In this document: positions 1-12,419 of the stretch, piece by piece
Position numbering within the stretch: the first letter of the stretch is position 1
How the letters are laid out: each line of letters opens with the position of its first letter
Origin: Gnetum montanum
Lineage: Eukaryota > Plantae > Gnetophyta
Assembly: GCA_015680685.1 (NCBI GenBank)
Contig: MNCI01000248.1
Coordinates: 91,283 to 154,979 of the forward strand
Reading direction: 5' to 3'
DNA length: 63,697 nt
Notes under the pieces: generated by a model
The model's input: the letters and a program-made list of their open reading frames with translations, nothing else
Database searches by the model: none
Told to the model about the DNA's origin: nothing
Translations under genes and position numbers: made by a program

Positions 1-1868
1 AGATGTGAGATAATTGGACAACATCCCTTAGGATGGTCATAATAGTAGACCTCACATCCACCATCATCGTCTGAATCAGCATTTTCAGCCTCATCGGAGT
101 TAGGAATTATTCCCTTACCCTTGTTATGTGCTGGGCTTAAATTTCTCCACTTTTTCTTTCCCTTATCACTACTTTGCTCAACCTTAGACTCTTCTACAAT
201 TTTCAAGACTGTTTCTATTCATGAGTCTAAGGAATCCCACATTTGGTCTACCTTAGCCGATACCTCAGTTGTTAACTTTTGGATCGGCACGGTTTTCTGG
301 TTCACCAACTCTTCGAGTGGTGACTCATCCTCCTCATCACAGAATTTCACTCCCTTCTTGCGAAGGAAGGGATCACGGTTGTATTCTTCCGTACTTTCTC
401 TTTTCCGTAGCTCACCCTCTTCTTGTGCTACTTGTTCCAACAAGCTTTCAACTTCATGGGCTCTTAGTTGGGAGAGTCTCCCTTGGGCGTAAGTCCCAAG
501 AGTTCTTCTCGTTTCATTTCCTAGCCCATCCACGATGTGACGAAGTTGATCCCGCTTAACTTACCCATGGCCCGGGCAACGATGTAACAATGTGTAATAG
601 CGGGCCATGGCATCATCCAAGGGTTCGTGATGACCTTGCTTCCAGCCTTGGATCTGCTTACGCAAGTTGGACACTCTGGAGTACATCTGATATTTGTTGT
701 TGAATAGTTCAAGCATCGTACTCCACCTCCTGATGGTTTCCGGCTCTAAGGACCGGTACCAGCTCTCTGCTTCTTTGGTGAGTATCCTTGGGAATAACTT
801 GAGCTTATGCCACTCATTATCAATGTTTTGCAAGGCACAGGCATTGTGGAATGCCTGTAAATGATGTTGAGGATCAGCGTTGTATCCTCCTTCAAAATGT
901 GGGATATTATTTATGTCCAAACGCTTGATCCTACTGTCCTTTAAATGCCTTGTGGGAATCCTAACTGCCTCTATTATGTCAAGCATACTTCGGGTTGCGA
1001 GTAGGGGCTCGTCATGATCATCTCTTTCATGACGTCTATGATGTCTTTGTGGTGGTTCGCTACTTTCCCTACGTCCTTGCCCTAGTCCTAACTCCTCTCG
1101 ACCTTCTTGTCGAGGCATTTCATTTTCCCTTTTACTTTTACTCTCTCTGTTATGCTCACGATGGTTTTGCCCAGATGTGGAAAGAGAGTGTGAATGGTGA
1201 GATGAAGGAGAAGAGAAAGGGGATCCATCACCATGGCGATGTTTCTTACCTTCTCTTCGGCTGCTTCGGCTCCGATCATTGTGACGATCTAAGTGTTTGT
1301 CATTAGCATGGGTGGTTGCTCCTGCCATGAACAGTTGGTGCTCACGGGGATTAGAGCCTAGAATATGTATCATTGATCTAAGGCCCTGATGCCTAACCTC
1401 TTCACTAGAGTGAGGAGGAGGAACATCCTTTTCTAAGAAACCCATTGTGAGGGGTTCCTCATCTTCTATTTCACTAATGACATGGGGAACCTTGCCCTTC
1501 AATAGTGATTGTTGGCTCTCCTGCCTTGCATCCCGAATATGTTGGGCATTTGTGGGATGATAGTCCCTTATGTCATAATCATCCAAAACGTATTCCACAA
1601 TTAGTTCTTGCATGAAAGTCTGTGCTAAGGCACAGAAAAGCATGTTAGGGGCAGATCTATCTGGGGGTAACACGATGTTACCTTGCAAATCTCTCCATCG
1701 CAGTTGTTCATCTTGATGAAAAATAAAAGTAAAGTCAGGGACATACTCATCAGGATGAGTATATGTGACCTTGGATTGTTTAGGACCTGGCTGATCTAAG
1801 TTATGCATATGATGCTGACCTTCTCCTGTGTTGTCCTTAGGTGAGTTGATTTCATGAGAAGAAGCCAT
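1..1868 (-). pseudogene. gag: Retrotransposon gag (Retrotrans_gag-like). 435-aa open part at 561-1868; continues in frame past stops at 561-563 and 219-221
   Basis: IPHFEGGYNADPQHHLQAFHNAC...KLKLFPRILTKEAESWY...RWSTMLELFNNKY is an Athila-type gag core. The stop at 561-563 is TAA where unit B has TAC. Confidence 0.88.
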
Positions 1869-1992
1869 CTCAATGGTGTGCTGTTTCTACCGTCATTTAT
1901 GTTCTTAAGTAACTGATTAACCCTAAGGTTCGTTAGAGCTCACAACGATGTGAGTGATATCCCTTATGTTCAATTGGCGTGAAAACACTTAG

Positions 1993-2010
1993 TCCCCGGA
2001 AATGGCGCCA
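1993..2010 (-). promoter_or_regulatory. Primer binding site (tRNA-Asp type)
   Basis: The minus strand reads TGGCGCCATTTCCGGGGA, 1 nt from the LTR end. This is close to the Athila PBS TGGCGCCGTTGCCGGGGA. Confidence 0.88.
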
Positions 2011-2011
2011 A

Positions 2012-2801
2012 TGATGAGTGGCGAGGTACCCCTACACTCAACCATATGAATACGAGCATGCACGCGCGATCCGGTTGAACTCCGCAAACTAAATGCCTTA
2101 ACAGCACAAGAAACACTTGGGGTTAATCGTTCGTTGTCTTCCCAGGCTTGCTTGTAAGTGTCACGGTGTATGGTTAAGCAAGTCTGAGGTATGTGATTTT
2201 TTTGGTATTTTTNNNNNNNNNNNNNNNNNNNNNNNNNNNNNNNNNNNNNNNNNNNNNNNNNNNNNNNNNNNNNNNNNNNNNNNNNNNNNNNNNNNNNNNN
2301 NNNNNNNNNNNNNNNNNNNNNNNNNNNNNNNNNNNNNNNNNNNNNNNNNNNNNNNNNNNNNNNNNNNNNNNNNNNNNNNNNNNNNNNNNNNNNNNNNNNN
2401 NNNNNNNNNNNNNNNNNNNNNNNNNNNNNNNNNNNNNCTGCAAGGTTTATCCAATCAAGTTCGTCTTTATTGCCGTACACAACTTGGGTTCAGGTTACAA
2501 GCTGCTCGAATAAAGAGCCGTTCACTCTAAGACTCCTACTGCGGGCACATGGGAAAAATTCTAACTCTGGAGTGATCAATCTGCCAGAGCTTCGCTACTT
2601 CTAGCCAGGATTGGGAAATAAGGGGAGTGCCGCCTCTTATTTATAAATATGATGGCGGACCGCGATATCGCGGCACAGTGCATGTCGCATCTCATCAATG
2701 AGGAAACAAGGGAGAGCTGCCTCTTATTTATAGATATGACGGCACACCATGATATCGCGTATGTGATATCGCAGGGGAAGACATGATATCACATCCCATC
2801 A
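2012..2801 (-). repeat. LTR shared by tandem units A and B (contains an N gap)
   Basis: TGATG...CATCA termini; homologous to 8117-8975. PBS on one side and a short PPT-like GGGGGTA (2802-2808, minus strand) on the other. Confidence 0.88.
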
Positions 2802-4789
2802 TACCCCCATGACTAAATGAAAACTCTTCCTTGAGTTCATTACAATAATATCAAGAAGGTATGGGATTATTGACTCAAATGAAACTAATGGGATGACATG
2901 TGAATAGATCATCATTACAAGACTCAACAAACTGGTGTTCATGAAAACAAGGGTGAACACCTTATTACATTGACATCAGGCCTCATTTGGCAGTTGAGAG
3001 AAAAGAGAAGAGAGAAGAGAGAAGAAGTCTTGCTGCTGCCAATGCCAAGATTGCGCCTTTCATTGTCCATCCATAAGTGCATCATTGATCTCATTCCTTG
3101 CAAGCTGCTTCAGCACCACTCCATTCCAAGTGCTCCCTCTAGATCTAGTTCGTTGTTTCATGATCGCCATCTACACACACAACATAGTCTTGTATTAGCA
3201 AGGGAAGATGAATTATCATGTAATTGATACCTTACTTTGGTGTAAGTCCATTGGTTGGGTTGTGATATGGCTGATTGTGGATCTGAAAATATATTAATGA
3301 TGACTGCCGAAGGTGTAGGGGTTAGGAGAAAATCAAAAAAATTGGGCCCCATACTCCCATGATTAATCGTGAACCTCCTGTAATGAGAGAATGGAAAAAG
3401 AAAAGGAATAAGAAATATGGATAAAAAGAGACAAGGGTAACATTGATAAAGTGGATGTCAAGACGGAAATGAACATAACAAAATTAATTGCAAAATGTTA
3501 AGGGAAATAATTTAACTAGTGCATCAAATAGGAATGTTAGTGGGTCCTCCCCAAAGCAGGCTCATACCCTTAATGCCCTGAAAAACCCACATTCAAAGAG
3601 TTCTTAGGCTTTGGGAATGTCCTTTGGAACAAGAGTTAAAGACTTAATCGTAAGAATTTACCAAAAATAAAATGATGCATCTACAAAAATATACACTAAT
3701 GATACAACCAGCAATGAGGTGAACCATGGAGAGAAGAATGGAGAGCAGAGAATGGAATGGAATCTCAAGAACAAGGTGGTGTACAGCCCCTTGTGTGTTT
3801 CATGACTAATGTGACTTGGTAAATCTCATTCCAACTTAGGCCTCAAATGAACCACATCCAGTGACTTCACATCAATGCATTCGGCCAAACCACCCTCTTG
3901 AAGTAACAAGAATGCACCTCCAAAGAGCCACCACCATTCCGACAAAACAAATGAGGAGAGAATGGNNNNNNNNNNNNNNNNNNNNNNNNNNNNNNNNNNN
4001 NNNNNNNNNNNNNNNNNNNNNNNNNNNNNNNNNNNNNNNNNNNNNNNNNNNNNNNNNNNNNNNNNTGAGAACCACACCATGCAAAGAATTCTTATTTTTA
4101 TTGTCTCAGCTTCCGATAATTGGGTAACATTGAAAGAACCAAAAAGCTTAAGAAGAAAACATCCAAGCACCCAAGAGAATGGCCAACACAAATACATCAA
4201 GTTCCCTTGAAGTCACACCCTTTTCAATCCTTAAGTCCTTCTTTAGTTTGAGAAATACCTAGTTACCAATTCGTTAAAGTCCTTATTAGAAAGGGGACTG
4301 TACATTTCCAAGCCAAGAGAGACCATAGACTTTGTGGATGAATGGATGAAGTGGACTCATTGTCTGCCATATCAAAAGAACATACCTTAGTATCAACATC
4401 ATAACTTAAAGGTAAACATCAAACATTAGCAATCAATAAGAAAACAGTTCATACCATCGTAGAAAACACTTATTGGGTGACAAACTTACAGGATGGGTAA
4501 CACACACACAAAAAATGGAAAAGTATAACGATGTTGTAAAACAAAAACTAGAAAAGTTAAAGAAATTTGCAAAACAAAAATGTGCAAAACAAAAATGTGT
4601 AAAACAAAAACTTGTAAAANNNNNNNNNNNNNNNNNNNNNNNNNNNNNNNNNNNNNNNNNNNNNNNNNNNNNNNNNNNNNNNNNNNNNNNNNNNNNNNNN
4701 NNNNNNNNNNNNNNNNNNNNNNNNNNNNNNNNNNNNNNNNNNNNNNNNNNNTAAAAGTGCCCAACTTATCCCCGCTGATGTTCTCAGAT

Positions 4790-7700
4790 TAAGGGGTGGA
4801 AGTTGGCGACACTCATATTCCAATGTGTCTATGCCTTCGTTGTTAGCATGAGTTGTCTCCTCAGTTCCTTCTGTGCATATTAGGTTTCTCTTTCTAGTAG
4901 CTATCAACCACGGGGTATCCACTATTGGTGTGGTTGCTACATATACGCACCTTTGAATTTGTATTTCTTGGGCACACTGATTACATGGAAGAGATGCTGA
5001 ACATTCTTCCATGTTATCACCCTCTAAGTCACTATATGTGATGCATAGAACTTTCTTCTTCTCGATCTTTTCATATATGTTTATCTTAGATATTTGCAAG
5101 GAAAGATCATGGATCCCTAGGTACACATCTACTGTACTTAGCCATGTCCTTCTCATTATAATTGGGAAGCTCCTATTGTTACTATTAACTTTAATCACCA
5201 GGAAGTCAGCTGGGTAGGACCACCCACACACAGTGGCAATGATGTCCTCCATCAATTCCAAGGGAATGGTGATGGACTAGTCAGCCAGCTCTAGTTGAAT
5301 GTTGCTCTTCTTAAGTTGGGGCAGGTTCTAGGCTTGATACATTTCTCGTGAATTAAGTTGACTCTAGAACCTGAGTCAAGAAGAGCTTTATGTGGTTCAT
5401 TCCTAGTGATTTGTAAATAGATTAAGGGGCTCCAAGGCTTAGATAGCTTTCTAGGAAGGTGGCTTACCTTGATCCAGTCAGTTACGGTATGCATTAACAT
5501 AACTGTATGTGTACATCTCTTTTGTTGGACTAAAGGGTGCTTTGAAGTTTTAGATGGTGGAAGAGTGTACATGGGCTCAACTACTTGTTGTTGCGAGAGT
5601 TTATCTAGGCTTTGGTTCTGAAGAAAGGTCTTCTCTTTTTACAGTTGTCAGAACCAACAGCAGGTTGAATATTTACAACTCTCGCAGTGTTACATTGCTG
5701 TGGTTGAGTAGGGAGTTCCCCTTGCATTGTTGGAGTAGGTTGTATGGGAAATATAGGTGGAAGAGGTGCAGATGGAGTTGGATGATGGAATGAATGTGGG
5801 ATGTCTCCCTAAGGAGAAGGAGTCCTCCTAAAGTACTCCCGAACTTGGTAGTAATGTTGGGGAGTTGCGTGACCCATAGAGTCACTTGGAGAAACCAGAT
5901 ACTGCACATAATATCCATATGGATTAGGCTACCGGTAAGGGTACTATTGTGTCAGCAATGGCATCTTCCATGACTGTGGGTATTGCCACTACTGATGCTT
6001 TCTGATGGGTTGTCGTGGAGTTCCACTTGGATAATATGTTAAGGGTTGGTGGAACTACCTTATGTTACCTTGAGTATAAGGTAACCTTCGAGGTGTTTAC
6101 CGTTGGTTGAGTCTCGAATTTAGCGCATACACCCCAGACTCCTGTAGATGTGAGATGATTGGACAACATCCCTTAGGATGGTCATATTGGTAGATCTCAC
6201 ATCCACCATTATCGTCTATGTCAGAATCCATAGCCTCATCGGAGATAGTAATTTTCCCCTTACCCTTGTTATGTGTAGGGCCTGAATTTCTCCACTTTGT
6301 CTTACCTTTGTCACTACTTCGTTCCTTCTTCAAATCCTCTACGATTTTCAAGACACTCTCAAGTCTGGCATCTAAGGAATCCCACAGTTGGTCTACCTTA
6401 GTCGATACTTCGGTTCGCCAAGTCTTTGAGTGGTGACTCATTCTCCTTATTACAAAGTTTCACTCCCTTCTTTCGAAGGGAGGGATCACAGTTGTATTCT
6501 TCCACACTTTTCCTTTTTTATAGCTCACCCTCTTCTTTTGCTACTTGTTCCAACAAGCGATGTACTTCATGAACTCTAAGTTCTGATAGTCTCCCTTGGG
6601 CATAAGTCCAAAGGGTTCTCCTAGTTTCATGCCTTAGGCCATCCATGATGTGGCGAAGCTGATCCCGTTGAGCGTATCCATGGCCTGAGAAATGATGTAA
6701 CAATGCATAGTAGTGGCCCATGGTAGCATCCAAGGGTTCATGAGTACCTTACTTCTATCATTGGATCTGCTTGTTCAAATTAGACACTCTGGAGTACATT
6801 TGATACTTATCATTGAAGAGTTCTAACATCGTACTCCACCTCTTGATGGTTTCTGGTTCTAAGGACTGGTACCAACTCTCTGCTTCCTTGATGAGTGTCC
6901 TTGGAAATAACTTAAGTTTTTGCCACTCGTTTTCTATGTTTTGCAAGGTGCAGGCATCATGGAATGCCTATAAATGGTGTTGCAGATCTGAGTTGTATCC
7001 CCCTTCAAAGCATGGAATATTGTTCATGTCTAAATGCTTGATCTGACTATCCTTTTGATGCCTTGTTGGAATTCTTACTACCTCTGTGATATCAAGCATA
7101 ATTTGGGTTGCAAGTAGGGGCTCATCATGATAATCTCTTTCATGATGCCTATGATGTCTGTGTTGTTCCCTACTTTTTCTTCAATCATGCCCTTGTCCTC
7201 TCTCTCAACTTTCTCGTCAAGGTCTCTCATTTTATCTAGCTCTATCCTCACCATAATGTTCATGGTGGCTACACCCAGATGTGGAAGGAGAGGGTGAGTG
7301 ATGAGATGAAGGAGAAGAAGAAGGGGAACCATCACCATGACAATGTTTCTTACCTTCTCTTCGGCTGCTACAGCCCCGATCGTGATGACGATCTAAGTGC
7401 CCATCCTTATTATGAGTTTTTGTACTCTCTGTGAATAGTTGGCGTTCACGGGGGTTAGAACCAGTGTTATGTATTGTTGATCATAGATTTTGATACTCTA
7501 TCTCTTCACCATCGTTAGGAGGGGGAACATCATTTGTTAGAGAACCTGTTATAATGGGTTCGTCATCTCCTATTTCGCTAAGGATGTGCAGACCTTTGCC
7601 CTTCATCAGTGTATGTTGGCTCTCTTGCCTTAAGTCCTTGATATGTTGTGCTTCTGTGGGATGATAATCCCTCATATCAAAGTCTTCCGCAATGTATTCA

Positions 7701-7978
7701 GCATATAATTCTATCATGCTAATCTGTGCCAAGGCACAGAGGAGCATGTTAGTGACTGATCAATCTTGGGGTAACACGATGTTACCTTGTAGATCTCTCC
7801 ATTGCAGCTATTCGTCTTGATGGAGGATAAAGGTAAAGTTTGGAATATACTCATTGAGTTGAGTATAGACTATCCGATATTGTTGAAGACTTAGCTAATT
7901 TCAGTTATGTGTTTTTGATTGCCGACTATTTCTTGTATTATCCCTAGGCGGTGAGTTGCTCTTGTTAGAAGAAGACAT
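4790..7978 (-). pseudogene. Decayed gag-aspartic protease of unit B
   Basis: Fragments align with unit A gag (KLKLFPRTLIKEAESWY). Protease ALLDSGSRVNLI near 5350-5390 and EDIIATVCGWSYPADFLVI...FPIIMRRTWLST. Multiple stops and frameshifts. Confidence 0.85.
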
Positions 7979-8097
7979 TGTTATCGGTGTGCTAATTTTA
8001 CCATTATATAATTTTTCTTTAATTAACCCAAAGGTTCGTTTAGGCTCCCAATGATGTGAGTGATATCCTATGTCCTATTTAGTGCACAAACACTTAG

Positions 8098-8115
8098 TCC
8101 CTAGCAATGGCGCCA
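8098..8115 (-). promoter_or_regulatory. Primer binding site (tRNA-Asp type), unit B
   Basis: Minus strand TGGCGCCATTGCTAGGGA adjacent to the LTR. Confidence 0.85.
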
Positions 8116-8116
8116 A

Positions 8117-8975
8117 TGATGAGTGGCGAGATACCCCTACACTAAACCATACGAATACAAGCGTAGCACACGCGATCTGGTCAAACTCCGCAGACTAAGT
8201 GCCTACATGCCTTATGGAACACTTAAGGTTAATCATTCGTTATCTTTCTAGACTTACTTGTAGTTTTTACGGTGTATGGTTAAGTAAGTCTGAGGTAATA
8301 TGATTTTTATGCTTTTTATGTTTTTGTCTCCTATGCTAACAAGGTGAAGGGTTGAGAAACTAATTACTAACTCTAACTAATGAAATAAGTCTAAATTAAC
8401 CTAGCATCAGCATCCGTTCCCACTTACCGTACACACCCTGAACCGATGCAACCATGGTTACCAAATGCTAATCGTTGTTGGGATCACCATGCGTAACGCA
8501 CGTGCTCGAAGTGGTCGTACTGAGGCACTTAACTAGGAGAGAAGGGTTGAGAAGGAAAGCAGTAAATAACAGATAATAAATAATAGTAATAAAATCCTAA
8601 TTAGCCTATTCCATATACTACAAGGTTTATCCAGAAAGCTCATCTTTATTGTCGTACACAAACTTGTGTTTAGGTACAATGTCTGCTCGAATAAAGATCC
8701 GTTCACTTTGGGACTCCTACTATGGGCACATGGAAAATATTCTATCTCTAGAGTGATCAATCTACCAGAGTTTCCCTATTGTCTAGCCTATGATGAGAAA
8801 ACAAGGGAGAGCTGCCCCTTATTTATAGATATGATAGTGCACCGCAATATCGCATATGCAATATCGTAGGGGAAGATGCGATATTGCATACACGATATCG
8901 CGAGGGATGCAATATCATGACGACCACGATATCGTGTACACAATATCGTGGCCCATGCAATATCGCGTCCCATCA
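8117..8975 (-). repeat. 5' LTR of unit B (about 860 bp)
   Basis: TGATG...CATCA termini; matches 2012-2801. TATA-like CTATAAATA on the minus strand near 8820-8828; cluster of GATATC-centred palindromes at 8840-8970. Confidence 0.9.
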
Positions 8976-10000
8976 AATGGATATTACATACAAATTTTTA
9001 TTCTAAATTTGATATAAATCATGGCTTTTGACAAATCCAAGTAAAGCCTAAAGATTAGTGGAAAATCACTTTTATCATTCCTAATGCTCTTTATAAATGA
9101 ATGGTATCGCCCTTTGGCATTAAGACAACTCCATCCATATTTCAACGATGCATGGATCAAATATTTGGTAATCATAATTCTATTTGAGCCTATATAGATG
9201 ATATTTTATTTATGGACAAAATACCAAAATGACAACTAGAACATCTCCAAGTGTTTAAGCAACTAATTCATGAAAATGGCCTCATATTGTCCCCAACAAA
9301 GATGATGACTATCCAAGACACCATCCAACTCTTATGTCTTGAGATTCAATATGGTTAAATTACCCTACAATCTCATGTTCTTGAATCCATTAAAAACTTT
9401 CCAAATGAGATAAAAGATAAAACATAGCCTCAACGATTTATTGGTTATGTTAATTATGTTTTTGGTTTCTACAAAGATCTAGTAAAAGACTGAAAGCTTT
9501 TAAATGAATAATTAAGTGAAAGAACTCCTCCATGGATAGAAGCCCATACAACTATAATACATAAGATCAAAGTAAAATGCCAATTTTTTTTTTTAATATT
9601 TAGGCTTCCTACACATGGTTAACTCATTCTAGAAACAAACGTATCTAATGAATTTTGGGATGCTAGTCTTAAGGAACATAAGGATAATGTCATTCACATT
9701 TATTGTTATGCCTTATAGAAATTCACTGAGACATAAATGGATTATCACAACATCTATAAGGAATTAGTGGCGATAATCAAAGGTGTCAAAAAATTCAAAT
9801 TATTCCTACAAAAAACTTATTTTATCATTAGGAATAATTTGAATCATTTTGATAAGTATCTTAGTAGTAAGGCCCTAAACAAAGTTTCTCATATTGAATT
9901 AATTCAATAGATATTATGACTTTCTAATTTTGATTTTACTATTGAATTTATAAATGGTAAGCATAATAGTTTAGATAACTTTCTCATAATAGAGTACTAA
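8976..10000 (+). pseudogene. Endogenous caulimovirid (plant pararetrovirus) RT-RNaseH fragment
   Basis: Manual translation: FYSKFDINHGF*QI...SPFGIKTTPSIFQRCMD...AYIDDILF...ITLQSHVLESIKNFPNEIKDKT*PQRFIGYVNY...LILETNVSNEFWDA...YHNIYKELVAI...HNSLDNFL. This matches Caulimoviridae RT/tether/RNaseH motifs. No integrase follows. Confidence 0.85.
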
Positions 10001-10065
10001 CTCTCTTTATTTCCTCTATCATTTTGTTTTATGAATATTTGTGCAATTTTGTTAATAAGAAAAGG

Positions 10066-10894
10066 ATGGACCCTAAAATCTTCCAAACATCTTAGATAAC
10101 GTGAAATAAATTAATTCTAAATGATGACTCTCCTCTATAAAGGATATCGTGATCAATGAAAGACTGGCTATGAATGGTTCATTAATTTATAGTCTTGAAC
10201 ATTGCCATCCTCAAAGGTATGGTCTAATACTTTTCATGCTAGATTTAATGATCCCAATCAAAACTAGCTAGTCTAGTACTATACTTCTTTTGAGTTTCAC
10301 ATCCTTAACTTCCCTTCTCCTAATCATATTAATAACTGGATAAGATATCATCCCTCCCCTCTTCATGTATACTACATCAAAATTAATCCTTAGCTTCTTC
10401 CTAACTAAGCCTTTTGGGATTGGTAGGTCTCTTTTGGTGATACTTTAGTTTGCTATCATTCAACTTGTCCTCCTCATTTGTATGAATGTTGAAATGAGCC
10501 AAATGGTGATTATCTATTTTATGGTAATCTTGAGGCTTGCAATACCTATAAGGAAAGGATTGGTGCTCCTCCAAGTTATCACCTTACCTCATGTATTACT
10601 TGATGACTCGATTGGAATGCTCCTCATAGGTTCTCCTTCTTCTATGATGTCTTCACTAGTAATTGGCATGACATCAATTATTCTTATTATGCACATTCTT
10701 TTTATCCACAAAAACTCCAACTATAAAATATTAACATTATAATTTAGAGCATGCATAACTATGATGAAAGAAACAAGCTCAAGCACATCTGTGGTGAACC
10801 TACTTCTTCTCTTAATTCTAACATCTGGGATTCTCCTTCACTAGATGATGAAGTTAGGTTACATGATGGCTATGATTCTCCTACCAATGCCTAA
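10066..10894 (+). pseudogene. Decayed ORF downstream of the caulimovirid RNaseH (putative viral accessory ORF)
   Basis: Starts at ATG 10066 and reads as a W/Y/P-rich frame broken by stops (KVWSNTFHARFNDPNQN...LLPN*AFWDW*VSFGDTL...GYDSPTNA*). Its position matches a second viral ORF. Confidence 0.5.
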
Positions 10895-12419
10895 AAAGAA
10901 TATTTAACCATTCACAATAACTACTATGTACAATTTGATTTTCCATCATGTAACATTACTATAGCCACCACTTTGTATAGTAAGATTCTTTATTATCTTA
11001 CTTTTATAAAAGCTACTTTTGAGAAGTTACTTTTGAGATATAATGCATGATAGAAAGTGTGCTTAGCAATAATTCACCATGTATGGTGCCCTAAAGCCCT
11101 TAGCTTCATCTAGATGAGATGCATCAGTTTGGAGAGATCTCTAGTATAGTGCGTTAATCCTAGAAAGCATTCCTAATTCAAGCATCTCTTAGTGTTGGCT
11201 TGTATCTACAAGATTGACCTCAAGTGATGCATTTTGCTCCCTGAAAGCATACCTTGTTGTTAATAATATAAGCCTAATATTTTAAATGCATATTTAAGTC
11301 ATATATATGTGATCTAGGCAAGAGTTGGTGTTAAAGTAGTTCAATTTTTAGTTCCATAAGGGATTCACACTAGTAGACAAGATGAATCTAATTGGGAAGT
11401 ATATCCTTTCTACCACAAAGGTAAAAAGGTCTTATAGGTAGAAACATAATAAATAACATGCAAATTATAAATCCAAGTCTAAAAAATTTCCAATTAGTTG
11501 GTCAAAAGAATAAGAAAATAATATTTGATAAGAAAGGATAAAGAAATCCTCTTTAAATATAAAACCACATGTTAAAGAACTGTTAGAGTAGAAGAAATAT
11601 TCAAGTTATTGTAATTAGATGAATGGGATATGAGTTTGCAATTGTGAAAACATGATGAGAGATCAAGGTATTAAGATAGAAGTTTATTTCTAGGATTAGT
11701 ATTGTTGTTTTCAGTTTTGCCAAAATTGGATGGGGGATCAAGACGTTATAAAAGTCAAGCAAATGGGAGACTAGTGAAAAGCTTGGAATTAAAAACTTAA
11801 CCTAGCAATACGAGTAGCTATAAAAGAAAAAATAAAGGGCCATGAAGATACTAAGTTGGATTAAAATCCATTTTAGTACATAGAGCTTTTTATTTTATGC
11901 TAGCTACTTTTTTTCTCATAGTTTAATGAGAAGTGACTAGGCTAAGTAAAACCATTTCTTAGTTCTAAAATGGACTTCACTCTTGTGGCTAATCAGCTTT
12001 GACTCTTAGGCCTTGGATTCCTAAGTAGAACTAATTCTGGCTCTAAATAATGTATGACTTATGTGGCCAAGGCCTTTCAAATAGATCTTTGATTCTAAAT
12101 GATATGTAGTCCTTGTAGAGTCACTATTTTGTTCTAAAGCAGCTCCACTTCTTATGTTGATATGGTATAGTAAAGTTCTTCCATGTTAAGCTTTCTCATA
12201 TACTAGCTATGTTTGTATATCATAAGCTTTTTCACACATATATCTAGGCCTCTCCCTTTAGCATAAATCTTGTATAGTCAAAAAATATAGTTCTAAAGCT
12301 TGATTTCAGTTTCTGATGGGGAAAACTATTTAAGGCTAGATTTTGTAGAATCAAAATTAGTATTAGAGCCTAATATGTATTTCTAATTCTACTCATTCAC
12401 ATAGCCATGTCTAAACTGA

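Larger units (their letters stand above)
1..2801 (-). mobile_element. Ty3/gypsy Athila-like LTR retrotransposon unit A (runs off the left edge; its 5' LTR is also the 3' LTR of unit B)
   Basis: LTR 2012-2801, then a tRNA-Asp-type PBS, then a gag ORF. Collinear and highly similar to 6140-8975. Confidence 0.9.
2012..8975 (-). mobile_element. Athila-like LTR element unit B, gag-protease only (non-autonomous)
   Basis: Two LTRs, PBS, PPT, decayed gag and protease. No RT/RNaseH/integrase motifs in the 5.3-kb internal region, which has two small N gaps. Confidence 0.85.

Noticed and set aside
121-1306. Plus-strand ORFs overlapping gag
   Set aside because: Antisense shadows of gag with no recognisable motifs.
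1989-4792. ORFs in the supplied track containing long X runs (also 51279-51974)
   Set aside because: They are artefacts of translating N gaps.
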